The position numbers were made by a program, and so were the translations under genes. Positions 21,363 to 30,975 of a DNA stretch of 64,000 nucleotides are shown here, piece after piece; position 1 is the first letter of the stretch; the number at the start of each line of letters is the position of its first letter. Source of the DNA: Caldisphaera sp. (lineage in GTDB: Archaea; Thermoproteota; Thermoprotei_A; Sulfolobales; Acidilobaceae); assembly GCF_023256325.1 (NCBI RefSeq), contig NZ_JAGDXI010000006.1, forward strand, positions 47,091 through 111,090, in the 5' to 3' direction. The notes under the pieces are model-generated. The model made no database searches. It worked only from the letters and a program-made list of their open reading frames with translations, and was not told the DNA's origin.

Positions 21363-22754
21363 ATGGAACAAAATAACAAGTTTATTTTGGGAGTTGAAGA
21401 ATTAAACGAAATTGCAGATAAGATAGATCTTGGTTATGTCATATTAATCGCAGGTAATCCGGGAACAGGAAAAACTATTGGAGCTTCTAAAATATTGTAT
21501 GAAAATATGACAAAGCTCGGTATTAAAACAATTTATGTAAGCTTTGTCGAAACAAAAAGTGAATATTACAAAAATTTAAAGAGATTGGGTTTAGATATGG
21601 AAGAGTTAGAGAAAAAAGGTCTTTTCACTTATTTAGAAGAGATAACTTTTCTTAACAAGGATTTAATACCAGATATTCTAAATCAAATTCTCAACACAGT
21701 TGAACGAACAGGTGCGAAAATAATAGTTATAGATAGTATTTCACCCTTATTGCAAGTTACTGAAAATATAATAAGTTTAAGGGAAATATTACATAATTTC
21801 TTTTACAGATTATCGAAAATTAAAGGAATTACTACAATTTTAATCCAGGAAGTTCCTTATGGGAATGAAAATATTGGTTTTGGAGTAGAAGAATTCTTGG
21901 TTGATGCAGTAATCTTTTTGAAAACTGTTCAAATCAAAGGAAGAAGCATTAGAATTATGGAAATAAAGAAAGCTAGGGGTTCAGATGTTTCCTTAGTATC
22001 AATACCTTTTATTATTAGAAAAGATAAAGGAATTTCCGTATTGTACCCTAAAAATGTTAAAGAAAAAAGAAGTAATAAACTAATTAATGTAGTTGTAGGT
22101 AATAACAGTTTTACAATTTCATTAGGTAGTCAAAATTTAATAATTGCAAATCCAAAAATTGATATTCAAGCTCTGGCTTCATTGATAATTGTTGGTGCGG
22201 TTACTGGGACACCAAATTTATCAGAAAATATAAGACGAAAAACCATTATAAGAATGATGAGTTATACCGCTGAAGAATTTTCAAGTCAGATAAAGAATTG
22301 CTTACTAAATGCTGGTATAGATAAAAATAAAGTTGATGAATTATTAAAAAGTTATATAATAGATGGCATAGATGCTAATAAATATTCATTGACAGAGTAT
22401 TTTGATCATGTTAATGAAATTGAAGAAATGGAAAAACCAGCATTTGTCTTAAATATCGGTCTAGATGCTTTAATTCAATTATTAGCTGACAATGAGATAT
22501 ATCCTAGACTTGAATTAGATGCAATGATTAGAAGAATCAATAATAATATAACAACTCTTTACCTAATGAACGGTAATATAAAAGACTATTATAGTATTCC
22601 TTTGGGAGAAGAATACGATAACGTTTGGTATTTTTATCCTTATAAAGAAAATAGATTAATAATAAAGCCCTTTAGGCTTAAAATGAAAATCTTCGCTAGT
22701 GAAAAATATACTATAAATTTAAGTAGCATTAAATGTTTATCCCGTATAATTTAA
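21363..22754 (+). CDS. KaiC/RAD55-like ATPase with a second, degenerate RecA-fold domain
   Basis: GNPGTGKT, IVIDSIS, EEFLVDAVI, IKKARGS; C-terminal half has no Walker A. Confidence 0.85.
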   Translation: MEQNNKFILGVEELNEIADKIDLGYVILIAGNPGTGKTIGASKILYENMTKLGIKTIYVSFVETKSEYYKNLKRLGLDMEELEKKGLFTYLEEITFLNKDLIPDILNQILNTVERTGAKIIVIDSISPLLQVTENIISLREILHNFFYRLSKIKGITTILIQEVPYGNENIGFGVEEFLVDAVIFLKTVQIKGRSIRIMEIKKARGSDVSLVSIPFIIRKDKGISVLYPKNVKEKRSNKLINVVVGNNSFTISLGSQNLIIANPKIDIQALASLIIVGAVTGTPNLSENIRRKTIIRMMSYTAEEFSSQIKNCLLNAGIDKNKVDELLKSYIIDGIDANKYSLTEYFDHVNEIEEMEKPAFVLNIGLDALIQLLADNEIYPRLELDAMIRRINNNITTLYLMNGNIKDYYSIPLGEEYDNVWYFYPYKENRLIIKPFRLKMKIFASEKYTINLSSIKCLSRII

Positions 22755-22766
22755 AAAATAAAAAAA

Positions 22767-24308
22767 TTATGAACTTAATACTCCCCATGGCAAGAATATA
22801 AAAACTGAAACTATAGCAACTATTATTGTTGATGGTATAAAGCCTATTATATTTAATGCGCCATCACTACCTATATATGTCATAATTAATATGAATATAA
22901 GATAAACAACATACCATATAGATTTTTTAAAATCTCCTTTAACTTTAAATATAAATCCGAATACAATAGAGGCAATAATTCCTATAGCAATTGCGTATGG
23001 AACAGATGGCCATCCGCTCCAAAAAGCAATTAATGAAGCAGAAATAAAAGCCAAACCACTCCATAGCCAACCAACAGGCAATCTATAATTATTTGGAGTT
23101 AATCCTTTCCTTCTAGCTGAAAGCATAGCAACTGGTAGAGTAGCAAAAGCTAGATAACCGCCAACTACGGCATCTTCCAATAAAGAATAAATTGCATGGA
23201 TAGGTGCTGTTAGAAAAGTTAATATTGCGCCTATTATTGCAAATACTATCAAAGACCAATATGGTATAGCATATGTTTCGCTTACTTCCTTTAATTTTTC
23301 TGGCATATATCCAGATCTGGCCATAGCAAAAACTACTCTGGTTCCACCACCTAAATATATATATCCTGTTACAAAAGGACCAAGTATAGCAACGATTAAT
23401 ATTAAGAACAATGATATGTTGGAATGAATAGCAGATGAAATATCAACAAAAGGATTACCTGGTAAATTAGATATGGAAGTCCAGTCGCCTGGTTTAAAGC
23501 CAAAAGAATCCCATTTTATACCTCCAACAAAAACTATTGAAAATAATATATAAATAATAGTTTGCCCAATAACTACTAAAATTATAGCTTTTCCCAAGAA
23601 ATTTTTATCTTTTACTTCTTCTGCAAAATCTGGTATAACTCTTATTCCACCATATGCAAACATAGCCAAAGGTATTGCATAAAATATTCCTGTGAAACCA
23701 TATGGAATAAATCCTCCGGGTAGAGATGTGAAGTTCTTAGCCGAGAAAAACACAAAAGAAATTGATAAAGCTGCAACAATATATAGTATTAATTTAAAAA
23801 TGCCTAATCCTAATGTAGATTTTCCAAATACCTTAACACCATAATAATTAAATGGAACAAATAAAAGCAACAAGATAGTGCCAACAATAGCTCCTAGAGG
23901 TGTTGGTATTGTAGAATTTGGAACCAATAGTTTTGGAAAGAAATACGCCAATCCTTCAACAGTTGCTAAAGCTTCTATTGGAGGAATAAAAAGATACCAA
24001 ACTAAGTTCATAAATGATGATAATAGATTTAAAGTGTTTCCATGCGTATATAAGGGATACCTTGCAGGTCCTCCCGCTTCTGGCCATACTAATGATAACT
24101 CAATAATTGGAATGGCAATAAATGTATAAAATAGTGCTCCAATAATCCATGAAATAATTAATGATGGTCCTGCATATCCAGCCATTCCGGCAGTTGAAAA
24201 TAATACTCCAGTACCAACAGCTCCTACTACGCCTGCTATAAATATTTCCAAAAAAGATAATTCCTTTTTGAGGCTTGTACTTTTGTTTGGACTCTCTTTA
24301 TCATCCAA
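22767..24308 (-). CDS. APC-family amino acid permease
   Basis: VGTGVLF, PEAGG, FAYGG, about 14 TM segments. Confidence 0.9.
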   Translation of the reverse strand: MDDKESPNKSTSLKKELSFLEIFIAGVVGAVGTGVLFSTAGMAGYAGPSLIISWIIGALFYTFIAIPIIELSLVWPEAGGPARYPLYTHGNTLNLLSSFMNLVWYLFIPPIEALATVEGLAYFFPKLLVPNSTIPTPLGAIVGTILLLLFVPFNYYGVKVFGKSTLGLGIFKLILYIVAALSISFVFFSAKNFTSLPGGFIPYGFTGIFYAIPLAMFAYGGIRVIPDFAEEVKDKNFLGKAIILVVIGQTIIYILFSIVFVGGIKWDSFGFKPGDWTSISNLPGNPFVDISSAIHSNISLFLILIVAILGPFVTGYIYLGGGTRVVFAMARSGYMPEKLKEVSETYAIPYWSLIVFAIIGAILTFLTAPIHAIYSLLEDAVVGGYLAFATLPVAMLSARRKGLTPNNYRLPVGWLWSGLAFISASLIAFWSGWPSVPYAIAIGIIASIVFGFIFKVKGDFKKSIWYVVYLIFILIMTYIGSDGALNIIGFIPSTIIVAIVSVFIFLPWGVLSS

Positions 24309-24645
24309 ACAAAATCACCTAATTAAACCATTCTTTAAAGAGTATAAATTTCTTATGCATAATATATTAATAAAAATTTTATTTAACCTATTTGATTAAT
24401 TAAGTTTTTATTAGTGATAATGTTTTCCTTATTTTTTAAGAATTTTATAAAAACTTATGTTATAAAAAATTTAAATTAATTCACTATAAATTATTCTAAA
24501 ATGATTATAAATACTTTATAAAATAATATGCTTGATCACAGCTAAAGCAAGTTAATACTTTATTGAAATAGTAAATGTAATCTTTAATAATATTATGAAT
24601 AAATAACGAAGCTTTTTATTGATTATTTGTTGCTTTATTAAAAAA

Positions 24646-25488
24646 TTATTCTTCCATGAATTTCTTTTTATCTTCATTGTTTTTCATACCCCAATATTTT
24701 TCAGGGAACTTACCACTTTCTACTTCGGTTTTATAATTTAATATAGCTTCTTTTATTACTGATTTTAAATCTACATACTTTTTTGCAAACTCAGGGGAAT
24801 AGTCTCCGAGACCTAATAAATCATTTATAACCATTATTTGACCATCACAATATGGTCCGCTACCAATACAAATAGTTGGTATTGAAATTTTTTCTGTTAT
24901 TTTTTTAGCAACTTCATATGCTGTATATTCAATAACTAGAGAAAAAATGCCTGAATCTTCTAATTGAAGAGCATCATTAAGTATTTCTTTAGCCTCACTA
25001 TAGGTTTTCCCTAAAAGCCTATATCCACCAATCTGTTTGTGTTTTTGAGGTGTTAATCCTATATGACCCATGACAGGAATACCTGAATTTACAATACCTT
25101 TTATTATTTCTTTATATTCACTACCGCCTTCAAGTTTAACAGCATCAGAACCAATCCTGAGAAAGCGTGATGCATTTAATATAGCTTTCTCTTTGTTATA
25201 TTCATAGCTCATAAACGGCATATCTGATACAACCAGGGCATTCGGTTTAGCGTTGCATACAGCTTTTGTATGAATAAGCATTTCGGCCATTGAAACCTGT
25301 AAAGTTGATGGATATCCTAGGACTACCATACCTAATGAATCACCGACTAATATTATATCAACCCCTGTTTCATCAACTATTTTTGTTGTTGGATAATCGT
25401 AGCTCGTTATAGCTACAATTTTTTTATTACCTTTCATTTTTAAAATGTCTCTAATCGTTATCTTTTTTCTCTCCATATGTTCACCCAT
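24646..25488 (-). CDS. panB: 3-methyl-2-oxobutanoate hydroxymethyltransferase
   Basis: TSYD, LVGDSLGMV, DMPFMSY, VKLEGG, GHIGLTPQ, CDGQ. Confidence 0.96.
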   Translation of the reverse strand: MGEHMERKKITIRDILKMKGNKKIVAITSYDYPTTKIVDETGVDIILVGDSLGMVVLGYPSTLQVSMAEMLIHTKAVCNAKPNALVVSDMPFMSYEYNKEKAILNASRFLRIGSDAVKLEGGSEYKEIIKGIVNSGIPVMGHIGLTPQKHKQIGGYRLLGKTYSEAKEILNDALQLEDSGIFSLVIEYTAYEVAKKITEKISIPTICIGSGPYCDGQIMVINDLLGLGDYSPEFAKKYVDLKSVIKEAILNYKTEVESGKFPEKYWGMKNNEDKKKFMEE

Positions 25489-26404
25489 TTAATATGGAAT
25501 CACAAAGTCTATTATTTTCTTTTAAAAGATCTTTCATGACCATAACTGATTTATAGGCAAAATAATTATATTTTGCTTGATATCCTATTTTTCTCGCAAT
25601 TTTATATAAAGCTAAATTAATGTAATCGAGCTCAGTTTTTCTTTTATTTGAACAAAGATCTTGAATGGTCGAATTATAGTTGTTGTATGTAAATTTTATT
25701 GTGTTTTTTAATTCTATAATAGGATCATTAGCTAAGCTTATCTTAAATAAAGAAGCTATTTTTTTAGATTCATTGGCTATATGAAGTGATAAATTATAAG
25801 CATTTTTGTTTTCCAATATAAATCCGTTCTTTTTTAAATATAACGATGCGACTGGGTTTATGGCAGAATTAACAATAACCTTCTCCCATCTGTAGGGTTC
25901 TATATTATCAACAAGCTCTGTCTTAACATCTTTTATTGCCAAGTTTTTAAATTCTTCTCTGCAATCTCTATTTTTGCATCCAATGATTAATTTGGATCCT
26001 CCATTAAATATTGAATGGCACTTCTTAATTTTATTAAGTCCATAATAAATTATCATTGAACCAGATTTATAGTATTTTTCAAGCTTTTCTAAAGAATATA
26101 AACCATTTTGAGTTGATAATGCGTAATCTGAATTAATATATTTTCTCGCAATTTTTATAGATTTTTCTAAATCATATGCTTTTACTGCAAAAATTAAATA
26201 ATCAAATTTTTGTCCTTTAATTTCCTTATAATTGCAAACTTTAATTTCTTCTTCACCTATATTTTCTACTATTACTTTTTGTTTTTTACATCCTTTTGTT
26301 TTCTCAATTATGGTGATTTCATGACCTGAACGATTCAAAATAATTGATAGAAAACTTCCTATTGCTCCGCATCCAATGATTCCAATTTTCAAGTTTATCC
26401 CCAA
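25481..26404 (-). CDS. panE: 2-dehydropantoate 2-reductase
   Basis: GCGAIG, VKAYD, QNG, WEKVIVN..INP, S..QD..TELDYIN; adjacent to panB. Confidence 0.88.
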   Translation of the reverse strand: MGINLKIGIIGCGAIGSFLSIILNRSGHEITIIEKTKGCKKQKVIVENIGEEEIKVCNYKEIKGQKFDYLIFAVKAYDLEKSIKIARKYINSDYALSTQNGLYSLEKLEKYYKSGSMIIYYGLNKIKKCHSIFNGGSKLIIGCKNRDCREEFKNLAIKDVKTELVDNIEPYRWEKVIVNSAINPVASLYLKKNGFILENKNAYNLSLHIANESKKIASLFKISLANDPIIELKNTIKFTYNNYNSTIQDLCSNKRKTELDYINLALYKIARKIGYQAKYNYFAYKSVMVMKDLLKENNRLCDSILNG

Positions 26405-26553
26405 TACCTTAATATTATTTATCTAAAATATATTTAAAAATAAATTCTATTTATCGAATTAAAAATAACAATTAAATTATAATAATTTAATAAAATATCT
26501 TTATTAAGTCAAAATTGCATATATAGACATGAAATTAATAAGAGGTCGAATTA

Positions 26554-27219
26554 ATGATAATATTAGACTTATCGATAAAAAGTAATTGTAGTCTATCAAA
26601 AATGGCTCATGATTTTAATGGAGAGGTTTTGTCTTTTTCAGTATCGCAATTTAGCAAAGGCATGAACTCAATAATTGCCTTCGTAACTTTAAAAGAAAAA
26701 AATCAAGAAACTTTAATGAAGTCATGGAAGAAAAGATATGGAGATTTTTCATATTTAAATTGGGATAAGATAGGTGAAAAAAGTATCTTATTTAATGGAT
26801 TAAAAGAAGGTCATGGAATAGTAAAAACATTAATTGAATATAAAGGAGCTTTGATAACTCCAACCATTGCTGGAGATGGGTATGAAAGATTTTTGATCTT
26901 AATAAAAAATAAAAAGGATATAGATTACATAATTAAAGATATATCTCGCAATAATAATGTAATCAATTTTAATTATAATGATGTAAATATGAAGTCTCTT
27001 TTATCTTGGATTTCAAAAATGATAATAGAAGCAAGTAATATTAATAATAGAGAATATGAAATTTTGTCCAAAGCATATAATTATGGTTATTTTTCTTGGC
27101 CTAAAGAAATAAATTTAGAAGAATTAAGCTTAAAATTAGGTGTTTCTCAGCCGACAATTATATATCATATTAGAAATGCAATAAATAAAATACTTAGCAA
27201 TATTTTGTCTGATTCCTAA
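26554..27219 (+). CDS. Bat-type (HTH_10) transcriptional regulator
   Basis: C-terminal AYNYGYFSWPKEINLEELSLKLGVSQPTIIYHIR. Confidence 0.88.
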   Translation: MIILDLSIKSNCSLSKMAHDFNGEVLSFSVSQFSKGMNSIIAFVTLKEKNQETLMKSWKKRYGDFSYLNWDKIGEKSILFNGLKEGHGIVKTLIEYKGALITPTIAGDGYERFLILIKNKKDIDYIIKDISRNNNVINFNYNDVNMKSLLSWISKMIIEASNINNREYEILSKAYNYGYFSWPKEINLEELSLKLGVSQPTIIYHIRNAINKILSNILSDS

Positions 27220-28347
27220 TTAGATAATCCCTTTTTTCTTTAGCGTAATGATCTCATCATCATTATATCCTAACTCCTTAAGAATTTCATATGTATATTC
27301 TCCTAAGCTTGGCACTTTTGTACTTTTTATGATATTAATTAAAGGTGGTGTAGGAACTTTTAGCTCTCTTTCATTATAAAATATTTTGATCATTTTTTCC
27401 GATGCATGAGGATCTTGAAGTAGATCCCATGGTTTGTTCAATATTGAGTATCCTATGTTATTTTTATCAAATATATTTATAAGTTCATTAGCATTAAATT
27501 TTTTTATTTCATTTTGTAGGTATGGTATTAAGAAACTTCTATTTTTATATCTATCCTCATTTTTCTTAAATTTTTCATCATAACAAATATCTAAATTGAG
27601 AGATTTACAGAAATCTATCCATTGCTTATCTGTTGTTACTGCAACAAAAATTTTTTTATTATCTTTGGTCTCAAAAAAATCGTATATGCCCCATGCAAAT
27701 CCTTCTTCATTTATAGGTAAAATAGGCCTACCTAAAACTTGATATGTTGATATATGTTGGCCTACAAAAAACATTGCTGTTTCGAACAATCCAACATCTA
27801 CTATCCCTCCTAATCCTGTTTTTTCTCTTTCTAAAAGTTTTTGTAAAACTCCAATTACTGCAAACATAGCAGCTCCTATATCAACAATAGATGCCCCTAA
27901 TCTTAATGGTCTATCTTTGAGTCCTGTCATGTAGGCTAGGCCGCTATGTACTTCAATTGGATAGTCTAAAGATTTTCTATTTTCATATTTTCCATAACCA
28001 TAGGCCTTAATTGACGCATAAACGATTCTTGGATTAATTTTTTTAATTTCGTCATATCCTAAGCCAGCCTTATCTAAAGCACCTCTTGCTAGATTATCTA
28101 TGAGCACATCTGAAGTCTTTATCAATTTTTTAAAAACTTCTCTACCTTCATCTCTAAATATATCAAGTGTCATGCTTTTCTTGCCCCAATTTAGGTACGG
28201 AAAAGTACCTGAACTACTTCCAGGTAATCTTCTAGATATGTCACCTTCATTTGGTTTTTCGATTTTTATTAATTCAAATCCTAATGAATATAGAATTAAT
28301 CCTGCTGTAGGCCCAGCAACTATATGCCCAATTTCTAATGCTCTCAT
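27220..28347 (-). CDS. Class III (CaiB/BaiF) CoA-transferase
   Basis: VAGP, IKIE..GD..R, N.GKKS, catalytic Asp in SIVDIGAA, PSLGEYT. Confidence 0.92.
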   Translation of the reverse strand: MRALEIGHIVAGPTAGLILYSLGFELIKIEKPNEGDISRRLPGSSSGTFPYLNWGKKSMTLDIFRDEGREVFKKLIKTSDVLIDNLARGALDKAGLGYDEIKKINPRIVYASIKAYGYGKYENRKSLDYPIEVHSGLAYMTGLKDRPLRLGASIVDIGAAMFAVIGVLQKLLEREKTGLGGIVDVGLFETAMFFVGQHISTYQVLGRPILPINEEGFAWGIYDFFETKDNKKIFVAVTTDKQWIDFCKSLNLDICYDEKFKKNEDRYKNRSFLIPYLQNEIKKFNANELINIFDKNNIGYSILNKPWDLLQDPHASEKMIKIFYNERELKVPTPPLINIIKSTKVPSLGEYTYEILKELGYNDDEIITLKKKGII

Positions 28348-28349
28348 TT

Positions 28350-29393
28350 TTACACCTCTTTAGATAATTTTAAAACTTCATTGTATGTAAGAGCTCTACC
28401 TTCATTTACGCTTATATCCTTCACTAGGTTTACTAATTTGGTTAACTTTTCTTCACTTAAATTAACACCGTATTTTTCTAATATTTTTTTGATTAAGCTT
28501 TTGCCAGCATAGACATTTACAGAAAACAATTCTTGAGTAAATACTGAGGTAAATGATGCATGCGTTCCAGCTGTCATCGTTTTTGTATTTATGCCTACTA
28601 TTGGAAAATTATAATAAAAGAACTTATATCCAATTTTGTTTAAAATTAATTCTCCTACATATTTATACAAATTTTGCAAGCCTTCTTCACTTAAATCTAA
28701 TTTATACCCTTCTTCTTTTAATGCATTATACATTACGTATAAATCTGCTATGCCATTTCTTTCACCTATGCCATAAACTGTTACCGATACAGAAGATGCA
28801 CCCTCTTCTATAGCAGCTAAGCAATTAGTTACAGCAAGCCCATAATCATTATGGCAGTGAACTTCTATATCGATGTTATTTTTTAAAGATTCTATAGCTT
28901 CCTTTATTAGGTTTCTCATAAATTTAGGATTGGCGTTTCCTGTAGTATCGGGTAACTGAACCTTTTTTAATCCAATCTCATTAAGTTTTTTCAATATATC
29001 TATGATTAAAGATTTGTTATCAACAATATTAACTAATGCTACTGAAGTCAATTCATCTTTTTTTATGGCATATTTTATATCTTCGATAACACTATCTATG
29101 TTATTATATTTAAATGGTAGATGCAATGCAATATGAGCTCCCGTGCTAAGAATTTCATCGATATCCTTTTTTATGGCTCTTCCTAATCCATAGGTATTTT
29201 TTATCAATTTTTTATCAATTATTTCTTCAGTAATTTTCTTTTCGGACCAATGAGCTGAAGGATAGCTTACAATAGCATTTTCTATACCTGACTTACCTAA
29301 TAAATCAGCTATTTTTAATTTTTCCTCCATTTTGAAGGAAATTCCTGGAGATTGAAGCCCCTCTCTTAACGTATCATCTATTAACTGAACCAA
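28350..29393 (-). CDS. DRE-TIM metallolyase (homocitrate/isopropylmalate synthase- or HMG-CoA lyase-like), catalytic domain only
   Basis: DDTLREGLQ, LPDTTG, VHCHNDYGLA, GIGERNG. Confidence 0.85.
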   Translation of the reverse strand: MVQLIDDTLREGLQSPGISFKMEEKLKIADLLGKSGIENAIVSYPSAHWSEKKITEEIIDKKLIKNTYGLGRAIKKDIDEILSTGAHIALHLPFKYNNIDSVIEDIKYAIKKDELTSVALVNIVDNKSLIIDILKKLNEIGLKKVQLPDTTGNANPKFMRNLIKEAIESLKNNIDIEVHCHNDYGLAVTNCLAAIEEGASSVSVTVYGIGERNGIADLYVMYNALKEEGYKLDLSEEGLQNLYKYVGELILNKIGYKFFYYNFPIVGINTKTMTAGTHASFTSVFTQELFSVNVYAGKSLIKKILEKYGVNLSEEKLTKLVNLVKDISVNEGRALTYNEVLKLSKEV

Positions 29394-29496
29394 TTTTTAT
29401 CCCACATTTAATTTTTATTTATCAGCTATTTGCTTTACATAAAAAGGGTTTTATATAACTGTTATTAAGATTAAAATTCAAATATGAATACATTAG

Positions 29497-30855
29497 GTGA
29501 TGAAATTGGGTATGAGCTCAAATAAGCATTCTATTGCAGCAAGATTAGATAGGATACCATGGACAAGTTTGCATACTAAGTTATTGATATTATTAAGTTT
29601 AGGAGAATTTTTTGATCTATACGATTTAATAGCCGGGGGTTTTACAGTTGCTCCAATACACCTTTATTATCACGTAAGCATTTCCACATCAATATTTTAT
29701 ACAATAGCAATATTCTTTTTAGGAGCATTTATTGGAGTAATTTTGTTAGGTTATATAGGAGATTATCTTGGAAGAAGGACAGTTATATTAATAAATATGG
29801 CAATAATGAGTTTAGCTTACTTGCTAACACCATTTTCTCCTAACATTTACGTATTAGGTGCTTTAAGGTTTTTAGCGGGCTTTGGAGCAGGACCAGAGGC
29901 AATATTGGTAGTTGATATTATGTCAACTGAGTTTTTCCAACCTTCTATAAGAGGTAACAGATTAGCAATAGCATATACTATAGCATGGCTAGCTCCTTTA
30001 GTTGTAGCAGGTATAGCAGTATTTGTATTACCAACTCATTGGCAATGGATATTTTGGATAGGTGGGTTAGGAATTCTATCAATAATTCCTTTGAGATTTA
30101 TGATACCAGAATCGCCAAGATGGTTAGAAGTTCATGGAAAATATGACGAGGCCGACAAAATAGTATCTAAATTCGAAGAGCAAGCTATAAAAGAAGGTAA
30201 AAAGTTACCTGAACCTATCGAAGTTGAAGTAATAAAAACTAAGAAAGTACCTTTAAGTGATGCTTTTAAAGGGCCATATCTGAAAAGAATGATAATGCTT
30301 ATAATTTTCCAGTTTTTCCAAGCTGCAGTTTATTATGGTTTTACTTCACTCGCACCAACAGTTCTTTATGAAAAAGGTTTTACATTTGCAAAATCAACAA
30401 CAATGACTTTTGTAATTTATACCGGTTACTTTATAGGTTCGGTCATATCTATATTTGTTATAGAAAAGTTATTTGATAGAAAATGGCAAATAGTCACGTA
30501 TATAATATTGGCAGGAATATTTGGAGTTTTGTTTGGATACTCTAAAAGTGTTGCCCTATTAGAAACAACTGGATTTTTGTTAGCTACTTTCTTAAATCTG
30601 TTTTCTAATACATATCATTTGTATATGGCAGAAATACTTCCAACAAGAGTAAGGGCTGCTGCTGACGGGCTTCAATATAGTATAAGCAGGCTAGGTACTT
30701 TTATATTGTTAACTATGCTTGGTTCAATATTAGTATCATTAGGTCCATCTGCCCTATTTTTAGTAACATTTGTATTTTCATTAATAGTAGGTATTGACAT
30801 TGCTATATTAGGGCCTAAAGTAACGGGCCAGAAGGTTGAGGTAGTTGCTAAATAA
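29497..30855 (+). CDS. MFS transporter (aromatic acid/sugar porter-like)
   Basis: ARLDRIP, GDYLGRR, PESPRWL, AEILPTRVR. Confidence 0.9.
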   Translation: MMKLGMSSNKHSIAARLDRIPWTSLHTKLLILLSLGEFFDLYDLIAGGFTVAPIHLYYHVSISTSIFYTIAIFFLGAFIGVILLGYIGDYLGRRTVILINMAIMSLAYLLTPFSPNIYVLGALRFLAGFGAGPEAILVVDIMSTEFFQPSIRGNRLAIAYTIAWLAPLVVAGIAVFVLPTHWQWIFWIGGLGILSIIPLRFMIPESPRWLEVHGKYDEADKIVSKFEEQAIKEGKKLPEPIEVEVIKTKKVPLSDAFKGPYLKRMIMLIIFQFFQAAVYYGFTSLAPTVLYEKGFTFAKSTTMTFVIYTGYFIGSVISIFVIEKLFDRKWQIVTYIILAGIFGVLFGYSKSVALLETTGFLLATFLNLFSNTYHLYMAEILPTRVRAAADGLQYSISRLGTFILLTMLGSILVSLGPSALFLVTFVFSLIVGIDIAILGPKVTGQKVEVVAK

Positions 30856-30975
30856 TTTATTTTTAAATTTTATAATTTTTAGTGATTTTAATAATTCATA
30901 AATACTTTTATTTTTAAATTATTTTTGTATGTAAACTTTTTATATTTCCCATATATATTTAAGGTTGGTGTATTT

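Noticed and set aside
24309..24645. Long, extremely AT-rich intergenic region; possible replication origin
   Set aside because: No ORB-like G-string repeats and no adjacent orc1/cdc6 or whiP gene.
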